Below, piece after piece: positions 1 to 9,875 of a DNA stretch of 52,406 nucleotides (the first letter of the stretch is position 1; every line of letters begins with the position of its first letter). The notes under the pieces are model-generated. The model saw only the letters and a list, made by a program, of their open reading frames with translations, was not told where the DNA came from and ran no database searches. This stretch comes from Acidobacteriota bacterium (lineage in GTDB: Bacteria > Acidobacteriota > Polarisedimenticolia > SMYD01). The stretch spans positions 1-52,406 of the forward strand of contig JBHHZI010000005.1 of assembly GCA_046757965.1 (NCBI GenBank). Reading direction: 5' to 3'. Made by a program: the position numbers and the translations under genes.

Positions 1-2
1 TC

Positions 3-1019
3 GAGGAGCAGGAGGCGCTGAGGGCCCAGGCGAGGAAGATCGCCGCGCATGGTGAGACCCTCGGGCGGCAGGAGGCCGACCTGCAGCGGCAGGACGTGAC
101 CCTGAGACAACAGGCGATCGCCATGGGGGAGGCGCAAGGGCGTGTCGCGGCCCAGCAGGAGGCACTGCATGAACAGGCCGCACAGTTGCAGACGTTGCGC
201 GTCCTGGTCGAACGGCTCCAGGACGCGGCGAGGGCCGGGGAGAAAACCTGGCAACAGGCCAGCCAGGACCTGGCGGCCCGGCAGCAGGCGGCCATCGAGG
301 CCACGCAGGCGGCCCTGGAGCAGATCCGGCAACGGCTCGGCGTTCCCGGGGTCCAGCCCTCCGGTCTCGACCGGTTCTACCGCGACCTGGAAGAACGCTT
401 CCGGGGACCGTTCGATCTCATCAAGGAGAGGCAGAAGCGGTACCTGCCGGTGGTGGCGCGTGCCCGGGCCGGGAGCACCTCTCGCCCGGTTCTCGATCTC
501 GGCTGCGGCCGGGGAGAATGGCTCCAGATCCTGGCCGAAAACGGGCTGGTGGCACGCGGCATCGACCGCAACAAAGCGGTCCTCGCCAGCTGCCGGCAAC
601 TCGGCCTGGCGGTGGAGGCGGTCGATCTGTTCGATTATCTGGAGAAGCTGCCCGATGCGAGCGTCGGAGCCGTGACCGCCTTCCACGTGCTGGAACATCT
701 CCCCTTCGAGCAGATCATGCAGCTCCTTCACGAGACCGCCCGGGTCCTGGCGGCCGGCGGCGTCGGGATCTTCGAGACGCCAAATCCGGCCAACCTCGGC
801 GTGGCGAGCTACAGTTTTCACTTCGACCCGAGCCACCTCACCGTTCTTCCGGGTCCGTTGCTGCAGTTCATGGCCGAGCACCAGGGTCTTTCGCACATCG
901 AGGTCGAGGAGATCCATCCGGTGGCACGACCCGACTCCGGCGGCCCCGTCCACCGGCTCGTCAGTGGTCCACAGGACCAGGTCGTCATCGGCTGGAGCGA
1001 GCGACCGGAACCGCGATGA
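3..1019 (+). CDS. Class I SAM-dependent methyltransferase with N-terminal coiled coil (glycan/O-antigen chain-end methyltransferase-like); 5' end lies outside the window
   Basis: Frame is open from position 3. SAM motif VLDLGCGRGE, plus FHVLEH, ETPNP and F.FDP.H motifs typical of polysaccharide-locus methyltransferases. Q/E/A-rich heptad N-terminus. Confidence 0.8.
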   Translation, partial: EEQEALRAQARKIAAHGETLGRQEADLQRQDVTLRQQAIAMGEAQGRVAAQQEALHEQAAQLQTLRVLVERLQDAARAGEKTWQQASQDLAARQQAAIEATQAALEQIRQRLGVPGVQPSGLDRFYRDLEERFRGPFDLIKERQKRYLPVVARARAGSTSRPVLDLGCGRGEWLQILAENGLVARGIDRNKAVLASCRQLGLAVEAVDLFDYLEKLPDASVGAVTAFHVLEHLPFEQIMQLLHETARVLAAGGVGIFETPNPANLGVASYSFHFDPSHLTVLPGPLLQFMAEHQGLSHIEVEEIHPVARPDSGGPVHRLVSGPQDQVVIGWSERPEPR

Positions 1020-1051
1020 GGAACGCGACCAGGCGCCGAACGGCCACGCCG

Positions 1052-1070
1052 GCCGGCACCTCGTGCCGGC
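1052..1070. terminator. GC hairpin between convergent genes (possible terminator)
   Basis: GCCGGCAC-CTC-GTGCCGGC, 8-bp stem in the 76-bp convergent spacer. No U-tract, so function is uncertain. Confidence 0.3.
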
Positions 1071-1095
1071 GCGGCCTCGCCCGAGCCCGGGGTCG

Positions 1096-2190
1096 TCACC
1101 AGAGGTCTTCACCCAGGTGGGTGGCAACCGCCTCGGCGAGATGCCCGGCGATGACCGTCTCGGTGAATCGACGCGTGTAGTTCCGCTTGCCCGCAGCACC
1201 GAGGTACTCCCGGTAGGACGGATTGAGCCACAGGACGCGCAGAGCCGCGGAGTAGTCGGCCGGATCGTCACCGAGCAGGAGCTGTTCTGCGGCGAGTGTC
1301 TCCGCCACGGCGCCGCAATCCCGGGCCATGACGGGCAACCCGAGACTCTGGGCCTCCACCACCGGGACGCAGAACCCCTCGTGCTCGCTGCAGCTCACAT
1401 ACATATCACAGCCGGTGAAGTAGGCCAGCAACTGCGCATCGCTCAGACTGTCGACCCAGTGGACGCTGTCCTGCAGTCCCCGTTCGACGACCAGTCGATC
1501 CATCTCGCTGTTGTAGGATTCCAGGCGGACATCCCGCCGGCCGGTGACATGGAGCGTGACGGGCTCGTCATAGTGACGGCGGTAGTCGCTGACCACGTCG
1601 AGAAGGAAGCGGTGCCCCTTGTTGGGTGCCATCCGCCCGACGAACAGCAGATGAACCCCACCGCGCGCGGCGAGAGACTGCAACACCTCGGCGTCCGGCG
1701 CGATACTGCGCCAGGCATCGGCGTTGTTGAACGGCGGGACGACCTCCACGTGCGACAACCCCGCCAGCCCGCCCTCCTCGATGTTGAACGTGGAGTCCGC
1801 CAGCCAGAGCGCCTCGGGATGACGGTGCATGAGACGTCGTGTCTGGTCGCGTCCTTCCTGACAGCACCGGGTGTAGTCCACGTCGTGGGGAGCAAAGAAC
1901 CTCGGGGGAGTGATGTTGTGGAACCGGAACACGACGCGGGCGCGGGCTGCGTCGATCAGCGCCTCCCCATCCGGCCAGTGGATGCTATGATGATAAATCG
2001 CGATGGTGGATGGATCGGCGAGCAGCAGTTCGACCTGAGGTCGGTCCACACGACGCAGCGCATCAAACTCGACCAGATCGCCGTAGAGCACCGGCTCGTG
2101 CGGTCCGTCGAGCAGCGAATACAGCCTGGTGACATCGTGGCCGATGGCATCCCGGGGGATGATGACCGTGGACATGATGACGATCTTCAC
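1096..2190 (-). CDS. Glycosyltransferase family 4 (GT-B)
   Basis: DAIGHD N-terminus, FHNITPP, LLFVGRMAPNKG and SEHEGFCVPVVEA (E-x7-E) motifs. RBS GAGGAG upstream. Confidence 0.85.
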   Translation of the reverse strand: MKIVIMSTVIIPRDAIGHDVTRLYSLLDGPHEPVLYGDLVEFDALRRVDRPQVELLLADPSTIAIYHHSIHWPDGEALIDAARARVVFRFHNITPPRFFAPHDVDYTRCCQEGRDQTRRLMHRHPEALWLADSTFNIEEGGLAGLSHVEVVPPFNNADAWRSIAPDAEVLQSLAARGGVHLLFVGRMAPNKGHRFLLDVVSDYRRHYDEPVTLHVTGRRDVRLESYNSEMDRLVVERGLQDSVHWVDSLSDAQLLAYFTGCDMYVSCSEHEGFCVPVVEAQSLGLPVMARDCGAVAETLAAEQLLLGDDPADYSAALRVLWLNPSYREYLGAAGKRNYTRRFTETVIAGHLAEAVATHLGEDLW

Positions 2191-2203
2191 GCGGTCGCTC
2201 TCC

Positions 2204-4198
2204 TCAAGACTCCGGCGGCGGCGCGGCGGAGTCGCTCATCCGAGGTCGCCCCACCGCCACTCCCAGCCACCGGTGATCATCGCTTCCCCACAACCGGGCC
2301 GGCGAGAACCCGCGCTCCGGCTCGATGTCGAGCCAGACGCGCCGACCGCGCCACCGGGACAGGTCCATGTTTACCACGCGCCAGTCCGGGCCATCCATCG
2401 TCACGTCCCGGGTGACCGGAGGTCCCCCGCCGAGACCCGCCCGGGCGCTCAGATGCACCGTGACCGGATGAGCCGCCAGGTCCGGCCGGAACAGCGCCAG
2501 GGGAAGGTGCAGAAAAGACCGGTCCACCACCAGGGGCAACCGTGCCGTTCCCCGACTCCAGCGAAAATCATGCCCCCGGCCGTCACGTTCCCATGCATGC
2601 CATCCGGGCCGGGTGGGTGGAGCCAGCACGATCCGTGTGCCGATGAAGAGGGCGAGTCCCAGGGCCAGACCGATCCGTATCAGACGTCGTCTTGGTACGG
2701 TCACGGCCCGGCGGAGTCGGAAGACCGGTCTCGACACCCCGCGCGCCAGAGCGACCGATGACGCGGCCGCAGCAGTGGTGCGTGAGGGTCGCGGCGCGAT
2801 CACCGCGGCGGCCACCCCGACCCACATCCACCAGAGCAACTCGATGACCCGCACGTACGGGATGTGCTGAAAGACGGCCAGCACCATGGCCCCCCCCAGG
2901 GCAGCGGCACTCGCGGCGCGCACGGGCCGGCGACGGATCGACGATCCGGCCCGGGAGCGGTGCAGGAGAAGGAACACCCCCGCCGCGCTGAACAGGAGAA
3001 CCAGCAGCAGTCCAGGCCATCCCGATGTCGTCAGTGTCTCGAACCACAGCGAGTGAGCTGTGCCGTTCAGAGGGCGGTAGGCCGGCGACCAGGAAGGCAC
3101 CTCGCCGGTGTAGAACCGGTGGAACCCCCCGGCGCCGCCTCCGAAGATCGGCGCCTGCCGGGCACCTCGCAGTGCCTCGACCCACAGGTCGAGGCGCTCG
3201 CCCCAGCCGTCGGGCCCGGTGAGTCGTATCCAGGTCAGATCCCGGGCGAACGGCTGGCCGAACGCCAGGAAGATCCCCGCCAGCGCCAGGGCACTCGCGG
3301 CGGGCCCGGCCAGCACGCGCCACCCACTGCGGGTCCGCGCCGCAGCCGGCCGCAGGATCCAGATGAACAACCCCGCGCCCACGCCCGCCGCCAGCCACGC
3401 CGCCCGGGACCAGGTCAGGAGCAGGACCGTCCCCTGCAGGCAGAGACCGGCGCCGGCCCAGCGACGTCCTCGAGGTGGACAGATCTGCCGCGCGAGCAGC
3501 AAGATGGGCAGCGTGAGCACGATGTACTGCGCGTACCATCCCGGGTTGCCGAAGGTGGAGGACAGGCGAGGGGAGAAGATCACCGAATTGAGGGTGACAT
3601 GCGCGCCGCCGAGATGAATCGGTCCGAACACCGGCCAGTCGAGAGGGCGGCCCTGCGCCAGGGCGAGAAGGTACACGCCGAGGCCATACGCCGCGACCAG
3701 CCCGGCCCCGGCGGCAACGAACCGGGCGGCCCCTGCAAGGCTCGTCAGCCGCCGGCAGGCGAGACGGTAGACCCCGACAGCCAGCAGCAGACCGGTGAGC
3801 GCGTCGAGGGCGCGGCGCAGCGCATACATGTCATCCGGTGTGGCGGCGCTCGCGAATCCTTCGAGTTGAGTCCAGAAACTCGACGGTCCGAGACCGTCCA
3901 CCAGCCAGCGAACATGCGGGGCCGTGCAGATCAGGGTCCACGCCACCCACGCCGCGCCCAGGCGCAGCAGGAGCGACGGACCCGCAGCCGGCAGACGCAG
4001 GAGCGCCCAGACGGCGACGACCACCACGATCTCGATCAGCCACACACCGCCCGTTCCCGGCTGATCGCCGCAGAAGGGCAACACCGCCGCGAGCGCGGTG
4101 AACGCGAGAACCGCAAGCGGGCGCCGGAAGCCTCCCACACTGCCGGTCGTCACGATCCACCGGGTCTCACCGGAGTCGCCCGCGTCTCTCCCCGTCAC
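2204..4198 (-). CDS. O-antigen ligase / Wzy_C family polytopic membrane protein with C-terminal extracytoplasmic domain
   Basis: Many TM segments. R.SSTFGNP, LTWSRAAW, RLDLW..A, PIFGGG.G.F and AHSLW.E.L...G motifs. Start placed at the GTG (4198) that overlaps the upstream TGA (GTGA coupling); the ORF track extends to 4405. Confidence 0.8.
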   Translation of the reverse strand: MTGRDAGDSGETRWIVTTGSVGGFRRPLAVLAFTALAAVLPFCGDQPGTGGVWLIEIVVVVAVWALLRLPAAGPSLLLRLGAAWVAWTLICTAPHVRWLVDGLGPSSFWTQLEGFASAATPDDMYALRRALDALTGLLLAVGVYRLACRRLTSLAGAARFVAAGAGLVAAYGLGVYLLALAQGRPLDWPVFGPIHLGGAHVTLNSVIFSPRLSSTFGNPGWYAQYIVLTLPILLLARQICPPRGRRWAGAGLCLQGTVLLLTWSRAAWLAAGVGAGLFIWILRPAAARTRSGWRVLAGPAASALALAGIFLAFGQPFARDLTWIRLTGPDGWGERLDLWVEALRGARQAPIFGGGAGGFHRFYTGEVPSWSPAYRPLNGTAHSLWFETLTTSGWPGLLLVLLFSAAGVFLLLHRSRAGSSIRRRPVRAASAAALGGAMVLAVFQHIPYVRVIELLWWMWVGVAAAVIAPRPSRTTAAAASSVALARGVSRPVFRLRRAVTVPRRRLIRIGLALGLALFIGTRIVLAPPTRPGWHAWERDGRGHDFRWSRGTARLPLVVDRSFLHLPLALFRPDLAAHPVTVHLSARAGLGGGPPVTRDVTMDGPDWRVVNMDLSRWRGRRVWLDIEPERGFSPARLWGSDDHRWLGVAVGRPRMSDSAAPPPES

Positions 4199-5496
4199 AG
4201 GCGAAGAAGACTCGTCAGGGAATCGAGAAACGCCTCCGGCGTGTATGTTTTCCTCACCCATTCCTGGGCCTCGGAGGCGACCTGCAGGCGAACATCCGGC
4301 GCGGAGATGGCATCGATGGCGCGGGCGAGGGATACCGGATCGTAGATGGAAAAACCGAGCATCGTGCCGCCGGAGCGTTCCGCAAGTTCCAGGAATGCGG
4401 GACAATCCGTGTTCATGAGCACCGGTGTGCCCACGAACGCCGCCTCCAGGTTCACGAGACCCATGCTGTCCAGGAGCGATGGGTTGACCAGCGCCATGCG
4501 CCGGGACACCATCTCATCGCGACAGGACGTGGACATGTTGCCATGCTGGGTGATCCATGGCCTCGATTCCACGCTCTCCCGAAGACGCGAATCGACCGTC
4601 CCGACCAGGTGAAGACCGATCCGCTGTCCTTTCAGCGGCCCCTCGAGATGTTCGGGAACGTGGTCCATGGCCTCGATGAGCCGATCTACACACTTCTCCG
4701 GCGACGCACGCCCGACGAAGGCCAGGGCCGGGTGATGGTCCCGCTTCGGTGGCATGACACGGGACACCAGGGGGTGTGGGACGACGATCCCCACGCCGCG
4801 TTCAGGGGGACCACCCACCGCACTCGCAAACAGGTCCCCCTCGGATGCATAGAAAACGCCCCACCGGTAACGTCGGTACTCGCGAAAGACCGGAAAGTGG
4901 ATGAAGATCTCGTTGTGGGCGGCGAGCATGATGACCACCTTGTCCGCCGGGATCATCCGGGAACCGACCAGCGTGGTCGGGTGAAGGTAAGGGACGAACA
5001 GAACCCGGTCCCACTGTGATGCACGGTCGCGCAGATAGGCAAACATGCTCTTGCTGAACGGGCCCTGTTCCTCGATGAACGCGACCGAGCGATGGAGCGG
5101 CAGATTCTTCAGCGTCTCGAGCGCGTCTTCCTGTCCGTGCCGGATGATGTCGGCCACGAACAACGATGGGCTGGGCAGGCCGTACGCCGTCAATGGATGA
5201 ATCCCGTTTCCACTCACCCAGCGCGGACGATCGTTGTTGAACCGGGTCACCGTGATGCCGGGACTGTACGCGCTGGGTCCCACGGGATAGTGCGGTGTCC
5301 AGGTGGCGTCGTCCGTGGCCGTGCTGGAGATGACGTCGACGACATGGCCCGCCGTGACCAGGGCCCGGGCCGCATGCAGGGCGAAGCGCTCCGACCCACC
5401 CACAACCTCATCACCGAAACGAGGCACGACGATGGCTATCCGGGCGGAGGTTCTTCCGGACCCGGACCGGGAGGGGATCTCCTGTGTGCTCGTCAC
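4195..5496 (-). CDS. Glycosyltransferase family 4 (divergent)
   Basis: RIAIVVPRFGDEVVGGSE, FVGRASPEKC and NPS..DSMGLVNLEA motifs. Start set at GTG 5496 because a promoter-like element lies at 5558-5586; the ORF is open to 5616. Confidence 0.75.
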   Translation of the reverse strand: MTSTQEIPSRSGSGRTSARIAIVVPRFGDEVVGGSERFALHAARALVTAGHVVDVISSTATDDATWTPHYPVGPSAYSPGITVTRFNNDRPRWVSGNGIHPLTAYGLPSPSLFVADIIRHGQEDALETLKNLPLHRSVAFIEEQGPFSKSMFAYLRDRASQWDRVLFVPYLHPTTLVGSRMIPADKVVIMLAAHNEIFIHFPVFREYRRYRWGVFYASEGDLFASAVGGPPERGVGIVVPHPLVSRVMPPKRDHHPALAFVGRASPEKCVDRLIEAMDHVPEHLEGPLKGQRIGLHLVGTVDSRLRESVESRPWITQHGNMSTSCRDEMVSRRMALVNPSLLDSMGLVNLEAAFVGTPVLMNTDCPAFLELAERSGGTMLGFSIYDPVSLARAIDAISAPDVRLQVASEAQEWVRKTYTPEAFLDSLTSLLRL

Positions 5497-5557
5497 CTGG
5501 ATCCACGCCGTCGTGCGCGGCCCCGCGCACCGCGGGACATGCACGCAACCAGCCCAC

Positions 5558-5586
5558 AGCTTACAGGGCCGACTTCCACGCCGCAA
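5558..5586 (-). promoter_or_regulatory. Putative sigma70-type promoter for the GT4/ligase/GT4 operon
   Basis: TTGCGG-N17-TAAGCT on the minus strand in the spacer downstream of mfd. Confidence 0.5.
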
Positions 5587-5617
5587 ATAGCCCGTCTTCC
5601 CTCCGGTGGGATCCACT

Positions 5618-8600
5618 TCACGAGACGGACGACTCCCGGTCGGAGAAGACGACCCGCTCGGCCAGTTCGGCGAGTGTGTCGCGCGTGCGCATCAGGCGGT
5701 GTTCCGGGTCGGCCGGGACCGGCAGACTAAGCACGCGGCCGGGAGAGAAACGCACGCCGTCGTTGAACGAGATCCAGTCCATGAGACGGCCGGCGTCGAT
5801 GGGCGCTCCCTCGATGAGCTGACAGGCGATATGCGTCCCGCGGGCCTCCACCTGCACCATCCCCAGGCGCTCGGCGTGACGTCTCAGATCGGCAAGGGCC
5901 AGGAGGTTCTCCGCCGCCTGGGGAAGATGGCCGTAGCGATCCTCGATCTCCTCCCGCACACGGTCCAGCTCATCCGCCTCGGCGGCCGCGGCCACTCTCT
6001 TGTACAGGACGAGGCGCTGGTGCGGCTCGGCGACGTAGCTTTCCGGGAGGCGGTAGTCGACTCCCATCTCCACACTCACCTGCGCCTGGCGCAGGACGGG
6101 CGCCTCGCCTCTCTTCTCCTGGATGGCCTGCTCGAGCATCCGGCAGTACAGATCGAACCCGAGGGCGGCGATCTGTCCATGCTGCCGCGCGCCGAGGAGG
6201 TCGCCCGCCCCCCGGATCTCCAGGTCCCGGGCGGCCACACGAAAGCCCGCCCCCAGCTCGGAGAACTCCTGCAAGGCCTTCAGCCGGCGGCGCGCCACAT
6301 CCGTCAGCTTCTGGTGCGACGGGATGAGCAGGTAGGCATAGGCGCGCACGTCGGACCTCCCCACCCGGCCTCGGAGCTGGTACAGCTCCGCCAGTCCGAA
6401 GCGGTCGGCACGATCGATGATGATCGTGTTGGCCCGGGGAACGTCGAGACCGTTCTCGATGATGGAGGTGGTCAGCAGCACCTGGAACTCGCCGGCCATG
6501 AAGCGCAGCATGATTCTTTCCAGGTCCTTCTCGGGCAGCCGGCCATGCACGACCTCCAGCGTCACCTCCGGCACCTCGCGGCGAATCACATGGGCCACGG
6601 CGGCGATGGAACTGATGCGATTGTGCACGAAGAACACCTGGCCGCCCCGGCGGATCTCCCGGCGGATGGCCTGGGCGACGATGCCGGGCCGGAACGGCAG
6701 CACGAGCGTCTGGATGGAGAGCCGGTTCTCCGGCGGTGTCTCGATCACCGACATGTCCCGGACACCGGCCAGCGACATCTGGAGCGTGCGCGGGATCGGC
6801 GTGGCGGTGAGGGTCAGCTCATCGACATGGGGCCAGCGTGTCTTCAGGCGTTCCTTGTGCGCCACGCCGAAGCGTTGTTCCTCGTCCACGACCAGGAGTC
6901 CGAGTTCCGAGAAAGTGATGTCCTTCGACAGCAGCCGGTGCGTGCCGATGACGATGTCCACCGCCCCGTCGCGCACACCGCGAACAATCGCGGTCTGCTC
7001 GGCCCGGGTCTGGAAGCGAGACAGGAGCTCGATGCGCACCGGGAACGGCGCGAAGCGGTCGCGGAAGGTGTTGCAGTGCTGGAACGCGAGGACCGTGGTC
7101 GGCGCCAGCACGGCCACCTGGAAGCCGTCCATCACCGCCTTGAATGCCGCACGCATGGCCACCTCGGTCTTGCCGAAGCCGACATCTCCGCACACGAGAC
7201 GGTCCATCGGTAGCGCCTTCTGCATGCTGGCCTTGACGTCCCGGATCGCCTGAAGCTGGTCCGGCGTCTCGCTGAACGGGAATGCCGCCTCGAACTCGGA
7301 CTGCCACGGCGTGTCGTCGGAGAACGCGTGGCCCTCCTGGGCGCGGCGGGTGGCGTAGAGGTCGAGCAGATCATCGGCCAGGACCTGCATCTGCTTGCGG
7401 ATCTTCTTGCGCACCTTTTCCCAGCCGGGGGTTCCGAGGCGGTCGATGCGCGGCGACTTGCCCCCGACGCCGGTGTAGCGCTGCACCAGGTCCAGGCGGT
7501 CGACCGGCACGTAGAGAACCGCCTGCTCCTGGTAGACGAGGACCATGAATTCGTTGCCGCCGCCGTCGCCGAGGCGCCGGATGCCCTGGTAGCGCCCGAT
7601 ACCATGATCGACATGCACGACGAGATCGCCGACGGACAGATCCCGGAAATCGGAGCGGAAGGGCGCGGCGCGGCGGCCGCCCCGCGGTCGCTGACGCCGG
7701 CGCTCCCCGAAGATCTCCCGCTCGGTCAGCACGGTGACCCCGATCTCGGGCCGCGTGAACCCGCGACGCAGCCGGCCTCGGCCCAGCGCCAGGTGCGGCA
7801 GGCGGCCAGCCGCCGGGATGGTGGCCGGCAACACCACCGGGTCGAGGCCAGCCTCCCGGAGCAGGTCGCCGCAGCGCGCCAGCGCGCCGTCGGATTCGAG
7901 CAGCAGCAGACAATCTCCCATGGTCGGCCGCTGATCGACGAGGTCTGCCGCCAGGTCCGCCAGGCGACCGAAGTAGGTCCGCGGGGCGCGGCCGCCCACG
8001 TCCACCGACCGCGACACCTCGAAGGGGTCGTCGGGCGTGTCGGCCAGAGCCAGGTCGTGCGTCTCGAGCCGCGGCCCCGCGAGGCGCCCGGTCAGGCGCG
8101 ATGCCGGCAAGAGCAGGCGGGAGGGTCCGGGCAGCACGCCATCCGTCGCGGCATGGGCGGTGTTCAGCTCGCTCATCGCGGCGTCCAACTCCGTGGCCAC
8201 ACGGAAGGGCTCGTCCACTGCCAGGACCGCGTCGTCGGCATAGTCGAGAAGATCCGTCTCCCGACCTGCCCACAGGCCGGTGCAGGCCTCCACGCCCGGG
8301 AAGGTGCCCTCCACCGCCAGGGTCTCCAGAGGATCGACGGTGATCGAGCGGCCGCCGGTACGCGGCATCTTCTCCAGGCGACGGATCAGGCGCCGGAGCG
8401 CCGGCGGATTCAGCGGCGCCTCCCGCGCCGGGGGCACGTGGGCGGCCACACGCTTCTCGAGCGACCGCTGGGTCAACGGGTCGAAGAGCCTCAGCGAGGC
8501 GATGCGGTCCTCCTCCAGCTCGATCCTGAGCGGGGCGGTGCTGCCGGGGGGATAGACGTCGAAGATGCCACCGCGACGGGCCCAGTCCCCGGGAGAGTTC

Positions 8601-9130
8601 GCCATGTCCACCCGGCCGTAACCGGCGGCCTCCAGTCGCCCGGCCAGGTCGTCGAACTCGCACTCTCCTCCCTCCTCGAGCCCGATGGCGAGGGCCTCGA
8701 ACTCTTCCACAGGCATCAGCGGCGCCCAGAGAGCCGCCGCGGGCGCGACCACCACCCAGCGCACTTCCCGCCGCATGCGCCACAGCGTCGCCGCCCTCTC
8801 CGCCAGGGTCTGCGGGTGAGGGCCGATCCCCTGGTATGGGTCGGCCTCCAGCGGCGGGAAGAGCAGCTGAGCCGGTGACACGGTATCGGCGGCCATGGCC
8901 AGTTCCGGGAGCAGTGTCGCCAGATCGTCGCGGAGCCGTGCGCTGGAGGCCTCGTCCGGCATGACGATGAGCAGACGGCCCCCCTCCACGGCGGCGCGAG
9001 CCAGCAGCACGGCACCGAGCGACCCGGAGAGGCCGGACAGGCGCAGCACCCCCTCCCGGGCGATGGCCGCCTGATCTGCGGCGCCTGCGCAGACACGCGT
9101 CAGGAGCGACCCGGGGGTGAGGACCTTCAT
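5618..9130 (-). CDS. mfd: Transcription-repair coupling factor
   Basis: UvrB-like N-terminus (RGGIFDVYP), CarD-like VVHVDHGIGRY, CGDVGFGKTEVA, DEEQRFGV, QLRGRVGRS and TRCF C-terminal domain. Confidence 0.97.
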   Translation of the reverse strand: MKVLTPGSLLTRVCAGAADQAAIAREGVLRLSGLSGSLGAVLLARAAVEGGRLLIVMPDEASSARLRDDLATLLPELAMAADTVSPAQLLFPPLEADPYQGIGPHPQTLAERAATLWRMRREVRWVVVAPAAALWAPLMPVEEFEALAIGLEEGGECEFDDLAGRLEAAGYGRVDMANSPGDWARRGGIFDVYPPGSTAPLRIELEEDRIASLRLFDPLTQRSLEKRVAAHVPPAREAPLNPPALRRLIRRLEKMPRTGGRSITVDPLETLAVEGTFPGVEACTGLWAGRETDLLDYADDAVLAVDEPFRVATELDAAMSELNTAHAATDGVLPGPSRLLLPASRLTGRLAGPRLETHDLALADTPDDPFEVSRSVDVGGRAPRTYFGRLADLAADLVDQRPTMGDCLLLLESDGALARCGDLLREAGLDPVVLPATIPAAGRLPHLALGRGRLRRGFTRPEIGVTVLTEREIFGERRRQRPRGGRRAAPFRSDFRDLSVGDLVVHVDHGIGRYQGIRRLGDGGGNEFMVLVYQEQAVLYVPVDRLDLVQRYTGVGGKSPRIDRLGTPGWEKVRKKIRKQMQVLADDLLDLYATRRAQEGHAFSDDTPWQSEFEAAFPFSETPDQLQAIRDVKASMQKALPMDRLVCGDVGFGKTEVAMRAAFKAVMDGFQVAVLAPTTVLAFQHCNTFRDRFAPFPVRIELLSRFQTRAEQTAIVRGVRDGAVDIVIGTHRLLSKDITFSELGLLVVDEEQRFGVAHKERLKTRWPHVDELTLTATPIPRTLQMSLAGVRDMSVIETPPENRLSIQTLVLPFRPGIVAQAIRREIRRGGQVFFVHNRISSIAAVAHVIRREVPEVTLEVVHGRLPEKDLERIMLRFMAGEFQVLLTTSIIENGLDVPRANTIIIDRADRFGLAELYQLRGRVGRSDVRAYAYLLIPSHQKLTDVARRRLKALQEFSELGAGFRVAARDLEIRGAGDLLGARQHGQIAALGFDLYCRMLEQAIQEKRGEAPVLRQAQVSVEMGVDYRLPESYVAEPHQRLVLYKRVAAAAEADELDRVREEIEDRYGHLPQAAENLLALADLRRHAERLGMVQVEARGTHIACQLIEGAPIDAGRLMDWISFNDGVRFSPGRVLSLPVPADPEHRLMRTRDTLAELAERVVFSDRESSVS

Positions 9131-9858
9131 GGCCCTCTGAGGCGCAGGCGCAGCAGGTCATACAGCATGTGAAGCGAGTCCTTCACGATGGCCACCTTCG
9201 AGCCGCCGGCGTTGTTCCACTCCACCGGCACCTCGGTGATGGTCAGCCCGGCCCGGCGGGCCGTCATGAGCAGTTCCACGTCCCAGGCGAAGCCGTCGAT
9301 GGTCAGCCGTGCGAGGACCGGCCGCAAAGGCGCGGTCCGCCAGAGCTTGAAGCCGCACTGGGTGTCCTTCAAGCGCAGCCCGGTCAGACCCCGCACGATG
9401 TGGTTGAAGCTGCGCCCCATGTTGCGGCGCAGCCAGCCCTGTGGAATGCCGATGGTCGATGCCGGCAGTCCCCGGCTGCCGGCCACGATGTCGGCGCCCG
9501 TCTCCGCCGCGGCGGCAAACAGCTTCTCCACCTCCGCCACCGGTGTGGACAGATCGGCGTCGGTGATCAACGTCCAGGAATGTCGGGCAGCAACAGCCCC
9601 CTCGCGGACGGAATATCCCTTGCCCCGATTGGGGCGGCCGGTGAGGATGCGATGCTCCATGCCGGCCCCGGCCAGGCGGCCACGCGCCAGGCCGACCGTG
9701 TCGTCGGTGCTGCCGTCATCCACCACCACGATCTCCGCCGCCGCACGGCGCGCGGACAGATAATTGACCAGGGTGTCGAGGGTGTGCCCGAGGCGCCCCG
9801 CCTCGTTGAAGGCAGGAATGATGACCGACAGGTCGCCTGTCTCGTCGGGTTCGGACAT
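9127..9858 (-). CDS. Glycosyltransferase family 2, dolichyl/polyprenyl-phosphate beta-glucosyltransferase-like
   Basis: LSVIIPAFNE, VVDDGSTD, NRGKG, DADLSTP, DTQCGFKL and FAWDVELL motifs. Stop overlaps the mfd ATG. Confidence 0.85.
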   Translation of the reverse strand: MSEPDETGDLSVIIPAFNEAGRLGHTLDTLVNYLSARRAAAEIVVVDDGSTDDTVGLARGRLAGAGMEHRILTGRPNRGKGYSVREGAVAARHSWTLITDADLSTPVAEVEKLFAAAAETGADIVAGSRGLPASTIGIPQGWLRRNMGRSFNHIVRGLTGLRLKDTQCGFKLWRTAPLRPVLARLTIDGFAWDVELLMTARRAGLTITEVPVEWNNAGGSKVAIVKDSLHMLYDLLRLRLRGP

Positions 9859-9875
9859 CCGGCTACGCGGCACCG

